Virus record (IMG/VR): IMGVR_UViG_3300047476_001246
DNA length: 64,000 nt
Reading direction: 5' to 3' (one strand)
DNA from: a virus
The notes under the pieces are model-generated. The model ran no database searches. It was not told where the DNA came from and saw nothing but the letters and a program-made list of their open reading frames with translations. Below are positions 1 to 9,252 of the stretch, piece by piece; the stretch's first letter is position 1, and every line of letters starts with the position of its first letter. Position numbers and translations under genes: made by a program.

Positions 1-418
1 TGCGATACGTGCTGCCAAAACTGTCTTTGAATGTACCTTCGGTTGCCCTGGGTTTAATAGCCCGCCAGTGCCTCCACTGCACGCCGTATACACGACCTAG
101 ATCGCCATCAAACTTGGCCTGTGGTTTCCAGTAAGGAGCAAGCGCATTAGGAGTCCATATAGTCACTGTGCCGTCTCGGGTGCCGTGTGTAATTTCTGCT
201 AGTCTACGCTCGTCACCTGATCCTTCGATCATCCAAAGCAACTCACCAACAACACTGCGCCATGCAAGTTTTTTGGTAGTCACAGCCGGGAAATCTTTGG
301 ACAAATCATAACGCTGCTGCATACCAAATTGAGATATGGTGCCTACACCCGTACGATCATCTCTGCGTGTCCCTGTTTCTAAAACATCACGCAATGCTGT
401 TAAATATTGTTGTTCCAT
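1..418 (-). CDS. thyA: Thymidylate synthase, N-terminal part (runs off the window edge)
   Basis: Not in the ORF track. Manual translation from ATG 418: MEQQYLTALRDVLETGTRRDDRTGVGT...FPAVTTKKLAWRSVVGELLW...GDLGRVYGVQWRHW, all ThyA motifs; adjacent to DHFR. Confidence 0.95.
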   Translation of the reverse strand, partial: MEQQYLTALRDVLETGTRRDDRTGVGTISQFGMQQRYDLSKDFPAVTTKKLAWRSVVGELLWMIEGSGDERRLAEITHGTRDGTVTIWTPNALAPYWKPQAKFDGDLGRVYGVQWRHWRAIKPRATEGTFKDSFGSTYR

Positions 419-928
419 TTATAAAGGTCTAAAAATATCTACATTTTTGTAGATACTAAAGTTTAACATTTTATCGCTGCTAGGTCTACTGCTTGTGATT
501 CTCATTCCAGTCATAAACGCTCGCATGTCGATTCTTACATCCGAAAAGGCAGCACCTTTTCTGTGAGTAATATAAGCATAGTCTATTAGGTCTTTACAGT
601 CCATAATAAGATCTGGTCCGCCTAATATGAAGATATTTTTAGTTGGAAACAATGTTTGTAGTTCTCGAATTTGTTTTTTGTAATCCCCGTGTAATCGACG
701 AACACTGGGATATCCAACAATTGGTTTACTGCTAACTACACAATTAATTCTATTTGGTAATGGTTTCGTCATTTTGGGATCATCCCAAGTTCTTCGTCCC
801 ATTACAACAATTTGATCGTGTGTATGTTCGCGAAACCAAGCCATATCTTCGGGATCAAATGGCCAAGGTAAGGTGCCACGATTACCAAATGTGCCTGCTT
901 GGTCTGTGGCAAATATCGTACAAATCAT
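419..928 (-). CDS. folA: Dihydrofolate reductase
   Basis: G..GTLPW, DMAWF, VVMGRRTW, PLPNRINCVVS and FILGG motifs; next to thyA. Confidence 0.93.
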   Translation of the reverse strand: MICTIFATDQAGTFGNRGTLPWPFDPEDMAWFREHTHDQIVVMGRRTWDDPKMTKPLPNRINCVVSSKPIVGYPSVRRLHGDYKKQIRELQTLFPTKNIFILGGPDLIMDCKDLIDYAYITHRKGAAFSDVRIDMRAFMTGMRITSSRPSSDKMLNFSIYKNVDIFRPL

Positions 929-1266
929 AAATTTTTTAGAATATTATCTGTGGCAGGCTGAACAACTTTAGCGACTGCCTTGACACTTATATAAAAATCA
1001 ATGTCATTGATAATGTGATCCAATGCGCTCAACTTTGTCTTGATCATTTTTTCAAGTTCGTTGGGATCATTGCCCTCATCTAATAGTTCTTTGATATTGA
1101 TACTTACTTCTGTGCCATCAGTTAGATTGACGCTCATACTTTCAAGCATGGCGATGGGAATTTCTTTTTTCTCTACAGATCGTAAAATTGATTCCCATTG
1201 CGCCTTGCTATTGAGATTAAGCCGCTTGCTTTTTGCTCGAGGTTTTTTTGGTTTTTGTTCCGGCAT
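925..1266 (-). CDS. Hypothetical protein
   Basis: 113-aa ORF overlapping its neighbours in operon fashion. Confidence 0.6.
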   Translation of the reverse strand: MPEQKPKKPRAKSKRLNLNSKAQWESILRSVEKKEIPIAMLESMSVNLTDGTEVSINIKELLDEGNDPNELEKMIKTKLSALDHIINDIDFYISVKAVAKVVQPATDNILKNL

Positions 1267-1906
1267 CTTCGGCTCTTGGAGTTAGGCTTTCTGCTTCTGC
1301 TTTTAAACGTGCAGCTTCGGCTAGTAATTGCTGTGCTGTAGCTTCCATCTTGGCTGCTTGTTCAACTCGTTGAGCAGCAAGATCACTATCACTAAGCATG
1401 CCTGCTAGCATTTCTGCTGCACTGGTATTTCCTTGTGCTTCGCGAGTACGCTTTTCTCCTAGTTCTTGAATTTCTGCACGCCGTGGCGGAGTGTTATTTT
1501 TCTTACCAGTTAACCCTCTATTGGCATCAAGATTTTGTAGACGTTCCATTGCTTCTTGACCTTTGGCCATTTCGTCTAGAATGTCATTGAGTTCGTCAAG
1601 TCTTACACTACTAGTAGTGGTAGGTGTGACTAACACTTGATTGGTAGGAACTTTCTTCATTAAACCGTTGCGATGAAGACTTTCTAAACAGTTGGTACCG
1701 TCTGCCATTACGGTTCTGAATAATACATCAGAAATTTCTACTGCGGCTTGACCTTGCGGACTTTCAACAGCTCGCATAACTTCATCGTGTACCAGTCGCG
1801 GAAGTAGATCGCTATAAACTACTAGAGCCATGTGCTCTAGATCTGGTATTTTTCTAAAAATGATTACACATCTTTTATCGTTGTGTTTGCCAACGTGCTT
1901 TAACAT
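1217..1906 (-). CDS. Hypothetical protein with C-terminal coiled coil
   Basis: 229-aa ORF with AGGAGA RBS. Confidence 0.7.
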   Translation of the reverse strand: MLKHVGKHNDKRCVIIFRKIPDLEHMALVVYSDLLPRLVHDEVMRAVESPQGQAAVEISDVLFRTVMADGTNCLESLHRNGLMKKVPTNQVLVTPTTTSSVRLDELNDILDEMAKGQEAMERLQNLDANRGLTGKKNNTPPRRAEIQELGEKRTREAQGNTSAAEMLAGMLSDSDLAAQRVEQAAKMEATAQQLLAEAARLKAEAESLTPRAEDAGTKTKKTSSKKQAA

Positions 1907-1920
1907 ACTATTCTCCTAGA

Positions 1921-2148
1921 TTAATTTGAGGCAGACTGATCTGGTTGTTCGTTGATTACCGGTGGATTCACTGGTTTCAGTGCGCCACTTGCTTCTAAGA
2001 ATTTAACCAATTTTTGATATACAGCGCCAACTTCGGCCATTTCTTCTGCACGAACAGCGCCGCGTTCAGCAGACGCACGTATAAGATTTAGCAGTAATAC
2101 TAAATCAGCTAGTGCAAGACTTGGAATTTCTGGTTGTGTTTGATCCAT
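1921..2148 (-). CDS. Hypothetical protein
   Basis: GGAGA RBS, with a TAAATA late-promoter-like motif upstream. Confidence 0.65.
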   Translation of the reverse strand: MDQTQPEIPSLALADLVLLLNLIRASAERGAVRAEEMAEVGAVYQKLVKFLEASGALKPVNPPVINEQPDQSASN

Positions 2149-2205
2149 TGTATCTCCGTAAATAACTATAGTTATTTAACCAAGTAAAATACAACAGAAT
2201 TTTTT

Positions 2206-2553
2206 TTAGAGATGATAATTGACAGAATTGATTTGATCTAGGCAAAGAGCAAACATACTTGCTTCGCCGGGTAATTCAAAACCCACGCAATTGGTAAATT
2301 CACATTTACCAAAATCATTTACGTAGTATTCTTCGCCAATCCAAAAACGTCCTTCAAGATTTTCCCAAATCCAATCGGTAATTTTTTTTGGTTGGCTTGT
2401 TCTAAGTTCAAATTGAACTTTAATAAAATGAGGCGGACAACGGTCTAGTTCTCTTAGACCGTGTACCGACAAAGGATTAGCCTCTCCATTACGTAACATT
2501 TTTGTTGTCTTTGGTTTCGTCTGTGATGATAGTGATCTTTTGTTGCTCGGCAC
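2206..2553 (-). CDS. Hypothetical protein (true start probably about 2496, MLRNGE)
   Basis: ORF track; fits operon packing. Confidence 0.55.
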   Translation of the reverse strand: MPSNKRSLSSQTKPKTTKMLRNGEANPLSVHGLRELDRCPPHFIKVQFELRTSQPKKITDWIWENLEGRFWIGEEYYVNDFGKCEFTNCVGFELPGEASMFALCLDQINSVNYHL

Positions 2554-2776
2554 TCACGCTACTGTCGGGACGTACAATACGATTCTTCAGAAATTCGTTT
2601 GACTGCTCGATCCAGGTACTGAGAATTTCTCGCTGCCCGGTCACTTCAACAATCTCGGCAGCACGAGTGATATCTTCGAGTGCATCCTCGGTCAGTAGCA
2701 AACGTTCTTGCAGATCAGCAATCAGCTGCTTGACTTTTTTGCTTGCTTTAATTTCTTCAAAATTAATTGGTTCCAT
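2489..2776 (-). CDS. Hypothetical coiled-coil protein
   Basis: ORF with AAGGA RBS. Confidence 0.6.
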   Translation of the reverse strand: MEPINFEEIKASKKVKQLIADLQERLLLTEDALEDITRAAEIVEVTGQREILSTWIEQSNEFLKNRIVRPDSSVSAEQQKITIITDETKDNKNVT

Positions 2777-2784
2777 GATATCCT

Positions 2785-3378
2785 TTAAAAGTTGGCTAAT
2801 GCTACTGTGTTCATATTGTTATTATACACTATCTTCCAATTATGTTCAAGCAAAAAAGGAACAGCGGTTCCGCCTTTGCCATTCCATGCATACCCATTAT
2901 AAAACGTATCGTCAAGATGGATAATACATTTGTCCGCACAAAACGGTAATAGCAATTTGGTTTGGGTCAAGTGAGCCAATTTGCTATTTTCATTGTTCAT
3001 GTCTATACCGTATTTGGCATATTGTTTCTTTTGCTCAACATGCCACCATTGTTCATTGTCAGGATCATAATTAAAATCAAAGTTGTCAAGATACGCATAA
3101 CAAATTTTTTCGTTTAATGCAGGAAATACCGATTGTAAAAATTCTTCGCCAGTCATCATGTAAGCAAAAGAATTTTCAATCTGATCTGCATACGCTTGGG
3201 CAACAGTATAAGGTTCACGATCAAAATCAACAGCATGATGCCGGAACTTTTTTACACCAACAACTAGTCCGGCGTAAAAGTCTGTAGAACCTTCACCGCG
3301 TCCGCAACCAATTTCTACAATTGAACCTTCTAGTACTGCTAGATGTTGAAGTATATAATGATGACCACGAGCACCCAT
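2785..3378 (-). CDS. Class I SAM-dependent methyltransferase-like protein
   Basis: VEIGCGRG motif I, AVDFD, YLD and IHLDDT..GKG. Confidence 0.65.
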   Translation of the reverse strand: MGARGHHYILQHLAVLEGSIVEIGCGRGEGSTDFYAGLVVGVKKFRHHAVDFDREPYTVAQAYADQIENSFAYMMTGEEFLQSVFPALNEKICYAYLDNFDFNYDPDNEQWWHVEQKKQYAKYGIDMNNENSKLAHLTQTKLLLPFCADKCIIHLDDTFYNGYAWNGKGGTAVPFLLEHNWKIVYNNNMNTVALANF

Positions 3379-3773
3379 TAGGCATTTTCCTGTTTGAGTA
3401 TTTTAAATGTTTCTGCTTTGGCTTTATTGTATTTGATCCGCTCTTGTCTAGCAACTTCTTTCACTTCATATTGTTCGCGTCGTTTATCGCTCATGGCACC
3501 AAGATAACTGTCATATTGTCTTGCCCAATCCAAACCTTTGATCCAGTATTCAAGCTCAACAAGATTGCCAGTGAATAAACAAGCGTCGCGAGTATATATT
3601 GGCAAGCGATCATCCTTAGGATACAATGCTATATTGTCCATATTATCAGTTTCGCCATAGGCAGCATACGCCGGCTTACCCATGCGAAAGCCAAGACGAT
3701 CTACCACTTCACGGACACGATCGATACGTTCAATCATGTTCATACCAACAGCGACACCAATATGCTTACTCAT
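3378..3773 (-). CDS. Hypothetical protein
   Basis: ORF with overlapping start/stop codons. Confidence 0.6.
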   Translation of the reverse strand: MSKHIGVAVGMNMIERIDRVREVVDRLGFRMGKPAYAAYGETDNMDNIALYPKDDRLPIYTRDACLFTGNLVELEYWIKGLDWARQYDSYLGAMSDKRREQYEVKEVARQERIKYNKAKAETFKILKQENA

Positions 3774-3996
3774 GATTGTTTAGTTGTTCTTTCCAGTTGA
3801 AACCAACATAGTATTCGAGGAGCGTCTCCATAGCATTACGATAACGGTAATTATGATCTAGATCTTGTCGCTGGTATTCTCGAAGTTCTTTTGCAGATTC
3901 TAAGCGATTGATGTCTTGGCACAGGCCTTGATAATCTTGGATTAGGATACTATGCATTAGGCCGTCAACTGCATCATTAGTTAACTCCACTTTCAT
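3766..3996 (-). CDS. Hypothetical protein
   Basis: ORF with overlapping start/stop codons. Confidence 0.55.
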   Translation of the reverse strand: MKVELTNDAVDGLMHSILIQDYQGLCQDINRLESAKELREYQRQDLDHNYRYRNAMETLLEYYVGFNWKEQLNNHE

Positions 3997-4166
3997 CGTG
4001 CCATCCTTTCTTTTCTACAAGCTTCTTTCATCTCATTGGTATAGTCTGGACTGATTTCTGCAATGCTGCAATCAATTACACGTCGATCGCTGGGGAAATA
4101 GGCTAAGGCAAGTATTACACCCGCTGCTATGGCTAGCATGGCCAAAATAAATTCTTTACTAATCAT
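3993..4166 (-). CDS. Small membrane-anchored protein (start re-assigned to MISKEF)
   Basis: N-terminal TM helix and two Cys; ATGA overlap with the upstream ORF. Confidence 0.55.
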   Translation of the reverse strand: MISKEFILAMLAIAAGVILALAYFPSDRRVIDCSIAEISPDYTNEMKEACRKERMAR

Positions 4167-4309
4167 CGGCATATCTCCTTGATTTCTTCTACGGATTTGC
4201 CTATCTTGGCCATCTCCACACGACAATCTTGTTTGTGATACTCGCTATAGCCAAGTCCAATAAACGGAATTATAACAAAAGCTGCAATTAGTATCATAAA
4301 CCATTTCAT
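4163..4309 (-). CDS. Small membrane-anchored protein, 48 aa (not in track)
   Basis: MKWFMILIAAFVIIPFIGLGYSEYHKQDCRVEMAKIGKSVEEIKEICR; fills the gap exactly. Confidence 0.55.
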   Translation of the reverse strand: MKWFMILIAAFVIIPFIGLGYSEYHKQDCRVEMAKIGKSVEEIKEICR

Positions 4310-4310
4310 A

Positions 4311-4583
4311 TCACTGTCCATCAATCTTCTCCTTCTTTAGGATGTCAAATACTCGTTCATCGTGCTTGACAAAATCTCGCCATATATTACGAGCACCCCA
4401 AGCCATAAAAGCCAACATAGCCAAAGCATTTACTGCAATAGCTATACCCCAAAAGACATTACGAGTTGGTCCTTCGCCTGCTGTAAGGCCTGCTGCTAAA
4501 CTAAATGAAGTAATAAACATTACAGCTTCGAACCAACCGCATTTACTTACAAACCACTTAACAAAACGCCATATTCGTTTCAT
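4311..4583 (-). CDS. Two-TM membrane protein
   Basis: Two hydrophobic segments; GAGGAGG RBS. Confidence 0.6.
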   Translation of the reverse strand: MKRIWRFVKWFVSKCGWFEAVMFITSFSLAAGLTAGEGPTRNVFWGIAIAVNALAMLAFMAWGARNIWRDFVKHDERVFDILKKEKIDGQ

Positions 4584-5842
4584 TATTTGCCTCCTCGTGC
4601 AGCTTCTTCATAGTGTGCCCAAATACCCCACGGTGGCTCACAACCCGGGTTGCCTTTAATGATCCATACTGTTTCGCAGTACTCTTCTTCGCCCCACTCG
4701 CCAAACGGCATACCGTCAGTAAACATAATGAACTTTTTAGGTTCAATGTTGTTTTCTTTCATAAACTCCCAGTTAGCCATAAAGTCGGTACCACCACCGC
4801 CCATGGGCTCGTATTCCATAATGTCATCAATGTTGTCGCTAGTAAAAGTTTTGACATTGTAAATCTCAGTATCAAAGCACCACAGCGTGATCTTGTACTC
4901 ATCGAACGCCTCCATGATGCCTTTGATCTCACCCAGGAACGCACGACTGTCTTCTTCACTAATGGATCCAGACTGGTCCAATGCAATACAGATATCAATC
5001 ATGTCACCAGGTTTGAGACCAGGCATAATAGCATCCATGTGCCAGCCTCGACGACTTGGACGAGCCCAAGTATAATCGTTTTTAATTACACTTGTAATCT
5101 GTTGCTGCAACAATTCTTTCCAACCAATAACAGGTGCAGTGATGTCCTTGAGTAGACGCTTGACACCTGCTGGCAAGTTGCCTGCACCTGCAGCCTGAGC
5201 CGCTGCAATCACAGCACCCTTGATCTCGTCGCGGATAGCTTGTGCTTCTTCTTTGCTTAGTTTGGGACGACCTTTGCCGTCTTTGCTCTCACCATCGCCG
5301 TCGCCGTCATCATCTTCAAGGTGATCATCAAGAACCATTTGCTCAAGTTGGTCCATGTTGAGCTTGTCTGCATTTTCATACAGATAGTCATAGACCTCTT
5401 CGTAGCTCTGTCCTTTAAATTTTGCATCATAAAGAATTGGCACTACTGAGATCTTTTCACCAATACGCTGGTCCACCAGGTCCTGGTTAACACAGTAGTC
5501 GGCAGCAATATTGCTCAGACGCGGCATGCGATCTCCGCGTCGACCCATGTGATCATAAACCGCATGTAGAATCTCGTGTCCGACTAGGAACTCGAGCTGT
5601 TTAAGCGGCATCTTGTTTACAAACTCGCTATTGTAATAGAACTTGCGTCCGTCTGTTGCCGCAGTCGAGCACCACTCGTCTGCGTTGGTCAGTGTCATTC
5701 TAGTAGCCAACTGTCCAAAGAACGGAGCCTTTAGCAGCAAGCCAATACGTGCTGTGGTAAGTTTTTCGCGAGCCGCCGCATCGGTGCGCGGATCGGTTAT
5801 AGTGACTGCCTTTGCTTTATCAATTACGGTTGAATCTGCCAT
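4583..5842 (-). CDS. Metallopeptidase-like (HExxH) plus VWA domain protein (DUF2201-type)
   Basis: TAATDG, HEILH, acidic linker, DQSGS MIDAS, GGGGTDF and FTDG; near a MoxR ATPase. Confidence 0.85.
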   Translation of the reverse strand: MADSTVIDKAKAVTITDPRTDAAAREKLTTARIGLLLKAPFFGQLATRMTLTNADEWCSTAATDGRKFYYNSEFVNKMPLKQLEFLVGHEILHAVYDHMGRRGDRMPRLSNIAADYCVNQDLVDQRIGEKISVVPILYDAKFKGQSYEEVYDYLYENADKLNMDQLEQMVLDDHLEDDDGDGDGESKDGKGRPKLSKEEAQAIRDEIKGAVIAAAQAAGAGNLPAGVKRLLKDITAPVIGWKELLQQQITSVIKNDYTWARPSRRGWHMDAIMPGLKPGDMIDICIALDQSGSISEEDSRAFLGEIKGIMEAFDEYKITLWCFDTEIYNVKTFTSDNIDDIMEYEPMGGGGTDFMANWEFMKENNIEPKKFIMFTDGMPFGEWGEEEYCETVWIIKGNPGCEPPWGIWAHYEEAARGGK

Positions 5843-5867
5843 TTACATGCTCCTTAACTATGTGTAT

Positions 5868-5896
5868 ATTATAACGCAAACGGGATTTATAGTCAA
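5868..5896 (-). promoter_or_regulatory. Sigma70-type early promoter for the VWA gene
   Basis: TTGACT-17 bp-TATAAT. Confidence 0.75.
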
Positions 5897-6237
5897 TTGG
5901 TCCATTTTAATTGTACGTGCGACAACACAGTATCGTCCACAAGGTATATGTATGGGGCAAACTGTTTTGGATCGTAGTACCAAGCCCACCTTGGCGCATT
6001 TGCTTTGCGCTCGGCGAAGCGAGTCTTTGGATTTTCCTCGAACGCCACGTACCTATAAAAATCTCGTTCGCATCCTGGCCCAAACGCTTCCCAGCACCAT
6101 TCTAGCATTTCTTGTTGCTGCCGCGCGAGATCTTGGTGTCTGTTGTACCCATGTATAGAGGATTGAAACTCCAGGCGATACTTAAAAGAGCTGCTACCAG
6201 TGTATCTACCGTCGAGCTTGATAATTACGAATCTCAT
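5893..6237 (-). CDS. Hypothetical protein
   Basis: 114-aa ORF between the MoxR and VWA genes. Confidence 0.55.
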   Translation of the reverse strand: MRFVIIKLDGRYTGSSSFKYRLEFQSSIHGYNRHQDLARQQQEMLEWCWEAFGPGCERDFYRYVAFEENPKTRFAERKANAPRWAWYYDPKQFAPYIYLVDDTVLSHVQLKWTN

Positions 6238-6275
6238 AAAAATAAGGGGGTCTTACGGACCTAGGTCCTGCCCCC
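6238..6275 (-). terminator. Probable intrinsic terminator after the MoxR gene
   Basis: GGGGG...CCCCC stem followed by TTATTTTT on the minus strand. Confidence 0.5.
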
Positions 6276-6294
6276 GCCTCACACGCGATTAAAC

Positions 6295-7401
6295 TTACTT
6301 AGAAGAACCAGCTGCTGCAAGAACATACTTACCAAACCGCTGATGGAACTCATCAAAGCTAGGCATCTTGCCAGGAACCATTGGCAGATTGTATGTGGTC
6401 AGTGCAACACGAGCACCCATCACAGTGACTTCGGTTGTAAAGTTATCCATCATAAAGCGCAGGAAGTTGTCTGCCATTTTATGGAAGTCTACAATCTTGT
6501 CCTTGCCGTTCTTTTGGTAGTAGTCTTGCAACTCGTAGCACATGCTGGTAGTCAGCGAATACATGGCCGAAATCTCTTTGGTCTTGAGTTCTTTGACTTT
6601 GCCTGCCAGAATGTCTTCGGGCTTGGGCAAGTTAGCCGCATGCTTACGATGAGCCATAAACTTGACAGCCGTACCTTCGCCAACACAACCTGCGATAAGG
6701 TCTGTTAGTTCAGCAGCACTGACACCATCGTCGTGGCAGAACTGACTTGCAAAGGTCCACGAACGCGGCGTCGGGAACGAACGACTATTGCTACGCGGAT
6801 CAAAGTCAAACATGTCCGACTTAGCAAAGCTGAGATAACCGACCACGTCCGGGTGGATCTTGTTCTTGACAGCCCAAGTCTGCCACGATTCAAAGTCGGG
6901 ACGAACTTCCAAGTGAACAAAGCGGTTCGCCAGCGGACTAGGCATACGATAAGTGACACCTTTGTCTGAATCGCGGTTGCCGGCTGCAACCATTACAACA
7001 TTGTCCGGCAAATGATACTTGCCGATACGACGGTTAAGAATCAGCTGATACGCTGCCGCTTGTACAGCCGGCGCAGCCGAGTTCAATTCGTCCATAAACA
7101 GAACAACGATTGGGTACTGCGATGCCAGCTCTGTATCCGGCAAGTCAATTGGTGGAGCCCAATCCATTAGGCCTTTGTCTTTGTTAAAGTACGGGATACC
7201 GCGAATGTCAGTGGGTTCCATCTGCGACAAGCGCAGGTCAATCATATAACCACCGAGCTCTTTAGTAATGTCAGCAATCACCTCTGACTTGCCAACACCC
7301 GGCGGACCCCACAAGAACAGCGGACGCTGGTGTTTGAACGAGCGTAGGATACGGCTACGTGCCTCTTCGGGCGTCACCGTGCGAGTTTCAGATACAGCCA
7401 T
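6295..7401 (-). CDS. MoxR-like AAA+ ATPase
   Basis: Walker A GPPGVGKS, Walker B LFMDE, AAGN sensor, LANRF and TPRSW. Confidence 0.9.
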   Translation of the reverse strand: MAVSETRTVTPEEARSRILRSFKHQRPLFLWGPPGVGKSEVIADITKELGGYMIDLRLSQMEPTDIRGIPYFNKDKGLMDWAPPIDLPDTELASQYPIVVLFMDELNSAAPAVQAAAYQLILNRRIGKYHLPDNVVMVAAGNRDSDKGVTYRMPSPLANRFVHLEVRPDFESWQTWAVKNKIHPDVVGYLSFAKSDMFDFDPRSNSRSFPTPRSWTFASQFCHDDGVSAAELTDLIAGCVGEGTAVKFMAHRKHAANLPKPEDILAGKVKELKTKEISAMYSLTTSMCYELQDYYQKNGKDKIVDFHKMADNFLRFMMDNFTTEVTVMGARVALTTYNLPMVPGKMPSFDEFHQRFGKYVLAAAGSSK

Positions 7402-7454
7402 TTAGTTCTCCTTGTTAACGTGTGAAACATTATTATAGTGTATTACAGAATTAA

Positions 7455-7480
7455 TGTCTGTGGCATTTTTGCCACAGACA
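7455..7480. repeat. Perfect 11-bp inverted repeat overlapping the -35 of the MoxR promoter (CAGACA-17-TATAAT)
   Basis: tgtctgtggca-tttt-tgccacagaca; could be a terminator or an operator. Confidence 0.6.
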
Positions 7481-7489
7481 CCCAACATA

Positions 7490-7885
7490 TTAAATGCCGT
7501 TCTTCTCACGCCATGCATCGGCTTTGACGGTCTTTTCGGCCATCCACTGGTCAAAGAATGCAGCAGCATCCATACCCGGCTTCAATTCAGCAGGCACTGG
7601 TTTGGCTTTGGCGGCAACCACTTTAGTAGTCTTAGCAGCCTTGACTTTGACAACCGCAGGCTTTGCAGCCTTGGCAGCACGAGGTGCTTTGCCAGCAGTG
7701 ATGCCTTTGGTTGCAAGATAAGCCACAGCAGCTTCTTTATCCATTGCTTCTGGCAGTGCAATCATGTTAATGTCTGTGCAACCAAAACGCTCTAGTGCTT
7801 TGGCACGATTAACATCGTTAGCAAATTTGTAAACAGTAGCGCCGTTCTCAACGCAAGTACCCGCAAAAGTAAAAGTCTTAGACAT
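7490..7885 (-). CDS. Small protein with Lys/Ala/Pro-rich histone-H1-like segment
   Basis: KAPRAAKAAKPAVVKVKAAKTTK; AGGAGA RBS; upstream TAGACC-17-TATACT promoter. Confidence 0.7.
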   Translation of the reverse strand: MSKTFTFAGTCVENGATVYKFANDVNRAKALERFGCTDINMIALPEAMDKEAAVAYLATKGITAGKAPRAAKAAKPAVVKVKAAKTTKVVAAKAKPVPAELKPGMDAAAFFDQWMAEKTVKADAWREKNGI

Positions 7886-7957
7886 ACACTCTCCTATGAA
7901 TTACGGTTAAAATTAACTACCCAACAGACATAGTATAACAAAATGGGCTTTTTTGGT

Positions 7958-8293
7958 CTACCGTTTTTTTCGTTGCTTTTTTGCAACAGTTTTGGGTGTT
8001 GCTAAAGGTGCAACTTTAGTTGCATTTTTTAAACGATGAAATAGCATAGTAGCACGACCAAACTCAAAATTTGGATGCTTATACATGTAGTCAATTTTGC
8101 GCTCTAAAACTTGCAAAACTTCTAACAAGTCCATTTTTGTTGCAAAATCGCTATCCATTAGTATTTTGTTAACATCATGCTTGTCTAGCATGTATTCTAC
8201 CCATTTTTCTGTTGCGGGTATTTTGTAATATTGGACTATTGCTTTTTTGTTATTGCGTGTTGCATATTTTGTAATATATGTACGAGCAAACAT
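7958..8293 (-). CDS. Basic hypothetical early protein
   Basis: AGGAGG RBS and its own sigma70 promoter. Confidence 0.65.
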   Translation of the reverse strand: MFARTYITKYATRNNKKAIVQYYKIPATEKWVEYMLDKHDVNKILMDSDFATKMDLLEVLQVLERKIDYMYKHPNFEFGRATMLFHRLKNATKVAPLATPKTVAKKQRKKR

Positions 8294-8319
8294 AAAGCCT
8301 CCTTTACTGAAGACTATGT

Positions 8320-8348
8320 ATTATATGCAAAAAGTGAATTATGTGCAA
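8320..8348 (-). promoter_or_regulatory. Sigma70-type early promoter
   Basis: TTGCAC-17 bp-TATAAT. Confidence 0.7.
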
Positions 8349-8354
8349 CGGTTA

Positions 8355-8726
8355 TTAAAGTTGCAAGTTGTCGAGGTATTGTTGAAGATTATCCGCATGT
8401 AATTTTAACATAACAGCTTCTTCGTCGCCTAGCAGTAGCACGTGATCAAGTTTGTGTATATAATACGGACAAGTCATCAATCTACTCAATTGTATCAGAG
8501 TGCGATTTCGTAATGGTTCGGGAAGGACACATTCGTACACAGGAATCCGTGTATTTTTTTTAATAAATGTGATTCCCATTTTTGATAATCTAAGTTGATT
8601 GGTATTGGTGTGATTCCACCACCAATCAACCCAATAATTAGACTTTGCAACAGTGTCTACATCCAACCCCGCAGCCTGTATAAAAGCTTCGGTGTAGTGA
8701 TGTTGATTATGGGTAGATTTGATCAC
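8355..8726 (-). CDS. Hypothetical protein
   Basis: ORF track. Confidence 0.6.
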   Translation of the reverse strand: MIKSTHNQHHYTEAFIQAAGLDVDTVAKSNYWVDWWWNHTNTNQLRLSKMGITFIKKNTRIPVYECVLPEPLRNRTLIQLSRLMTCPYYIHKLDHVLLLGDEEAVMLKLHADNLQQYLDNLQL

Positions 8727-8994
8727 CTTGTTTCATTAAGACCACAGTGAATTTGTCTGTCTTGAACAGAGTGTTTAGTTTTTTGCAAAGATTAATAGCA
8801 TGCCCGCTATTGCTAAAGCTTACTTTCTTATATTTTGGACCAGGGTAATGCAGTAAGGTATGATGAGTTTTTAAATTAATGGGCGCATTGTCGTAGAATA
8901 CTGCCCAAATTCCTTCGGAACTTAGTACTTGATCACTTTTGTAGTTAGTTTTGTTCACGTGTTCTAACAACACAGTAGGTTTAGGTCTTGCCAT
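8707..8994 (-). CDS. Hypothetical protein
   Basis: AAGGA RBS with a TAAATA motif upstream. Confidence 0.65.
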   Translation of the reverse strand: MARPKPTVLLEHVNKTNYKSDQVLSSEGIWAVFYDNAPINLKTHHTLLHYPGPKYKKVSFSNSGHAINLCKKLNTLFKTDKFTVVLMKQGDQIYP

Positions 8995-9039
8995 TGCTGG
9001 ATTCCTTGATTATATATTTATGACAGAAAACGGCGTAGT

Positions 9040-9252
9040 TTACTTAAACCCGCCTCCGTCCATAAACGTTTCCGAAGTTGGCTCACTTTCGGGCGTTGTT
9101 TGCATTTCAGCCAGGTTAGCCAGAAGTACATAGATATCTGCATGTAAATTTCTTGCTTCGTCCGCAGTTAACATAAGTTGTCTACTTCCGGTTTGATTCA
9201 TTTGTTGAATTTTGTTATTAAAATTTTTAAATGCTAGACTAAGTTTCTGCAC
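9040..9252 (-). CDS. Hypothetical protein
   Basis: ORF track. Confidence 0.55.
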   Translation of the reverse strand: MQKLSLAFKNFNNKIQQMNQTGSRQLMLTADEARNLHADIYVLLANLAEMQTTPESEPTSETFMDGGGFK

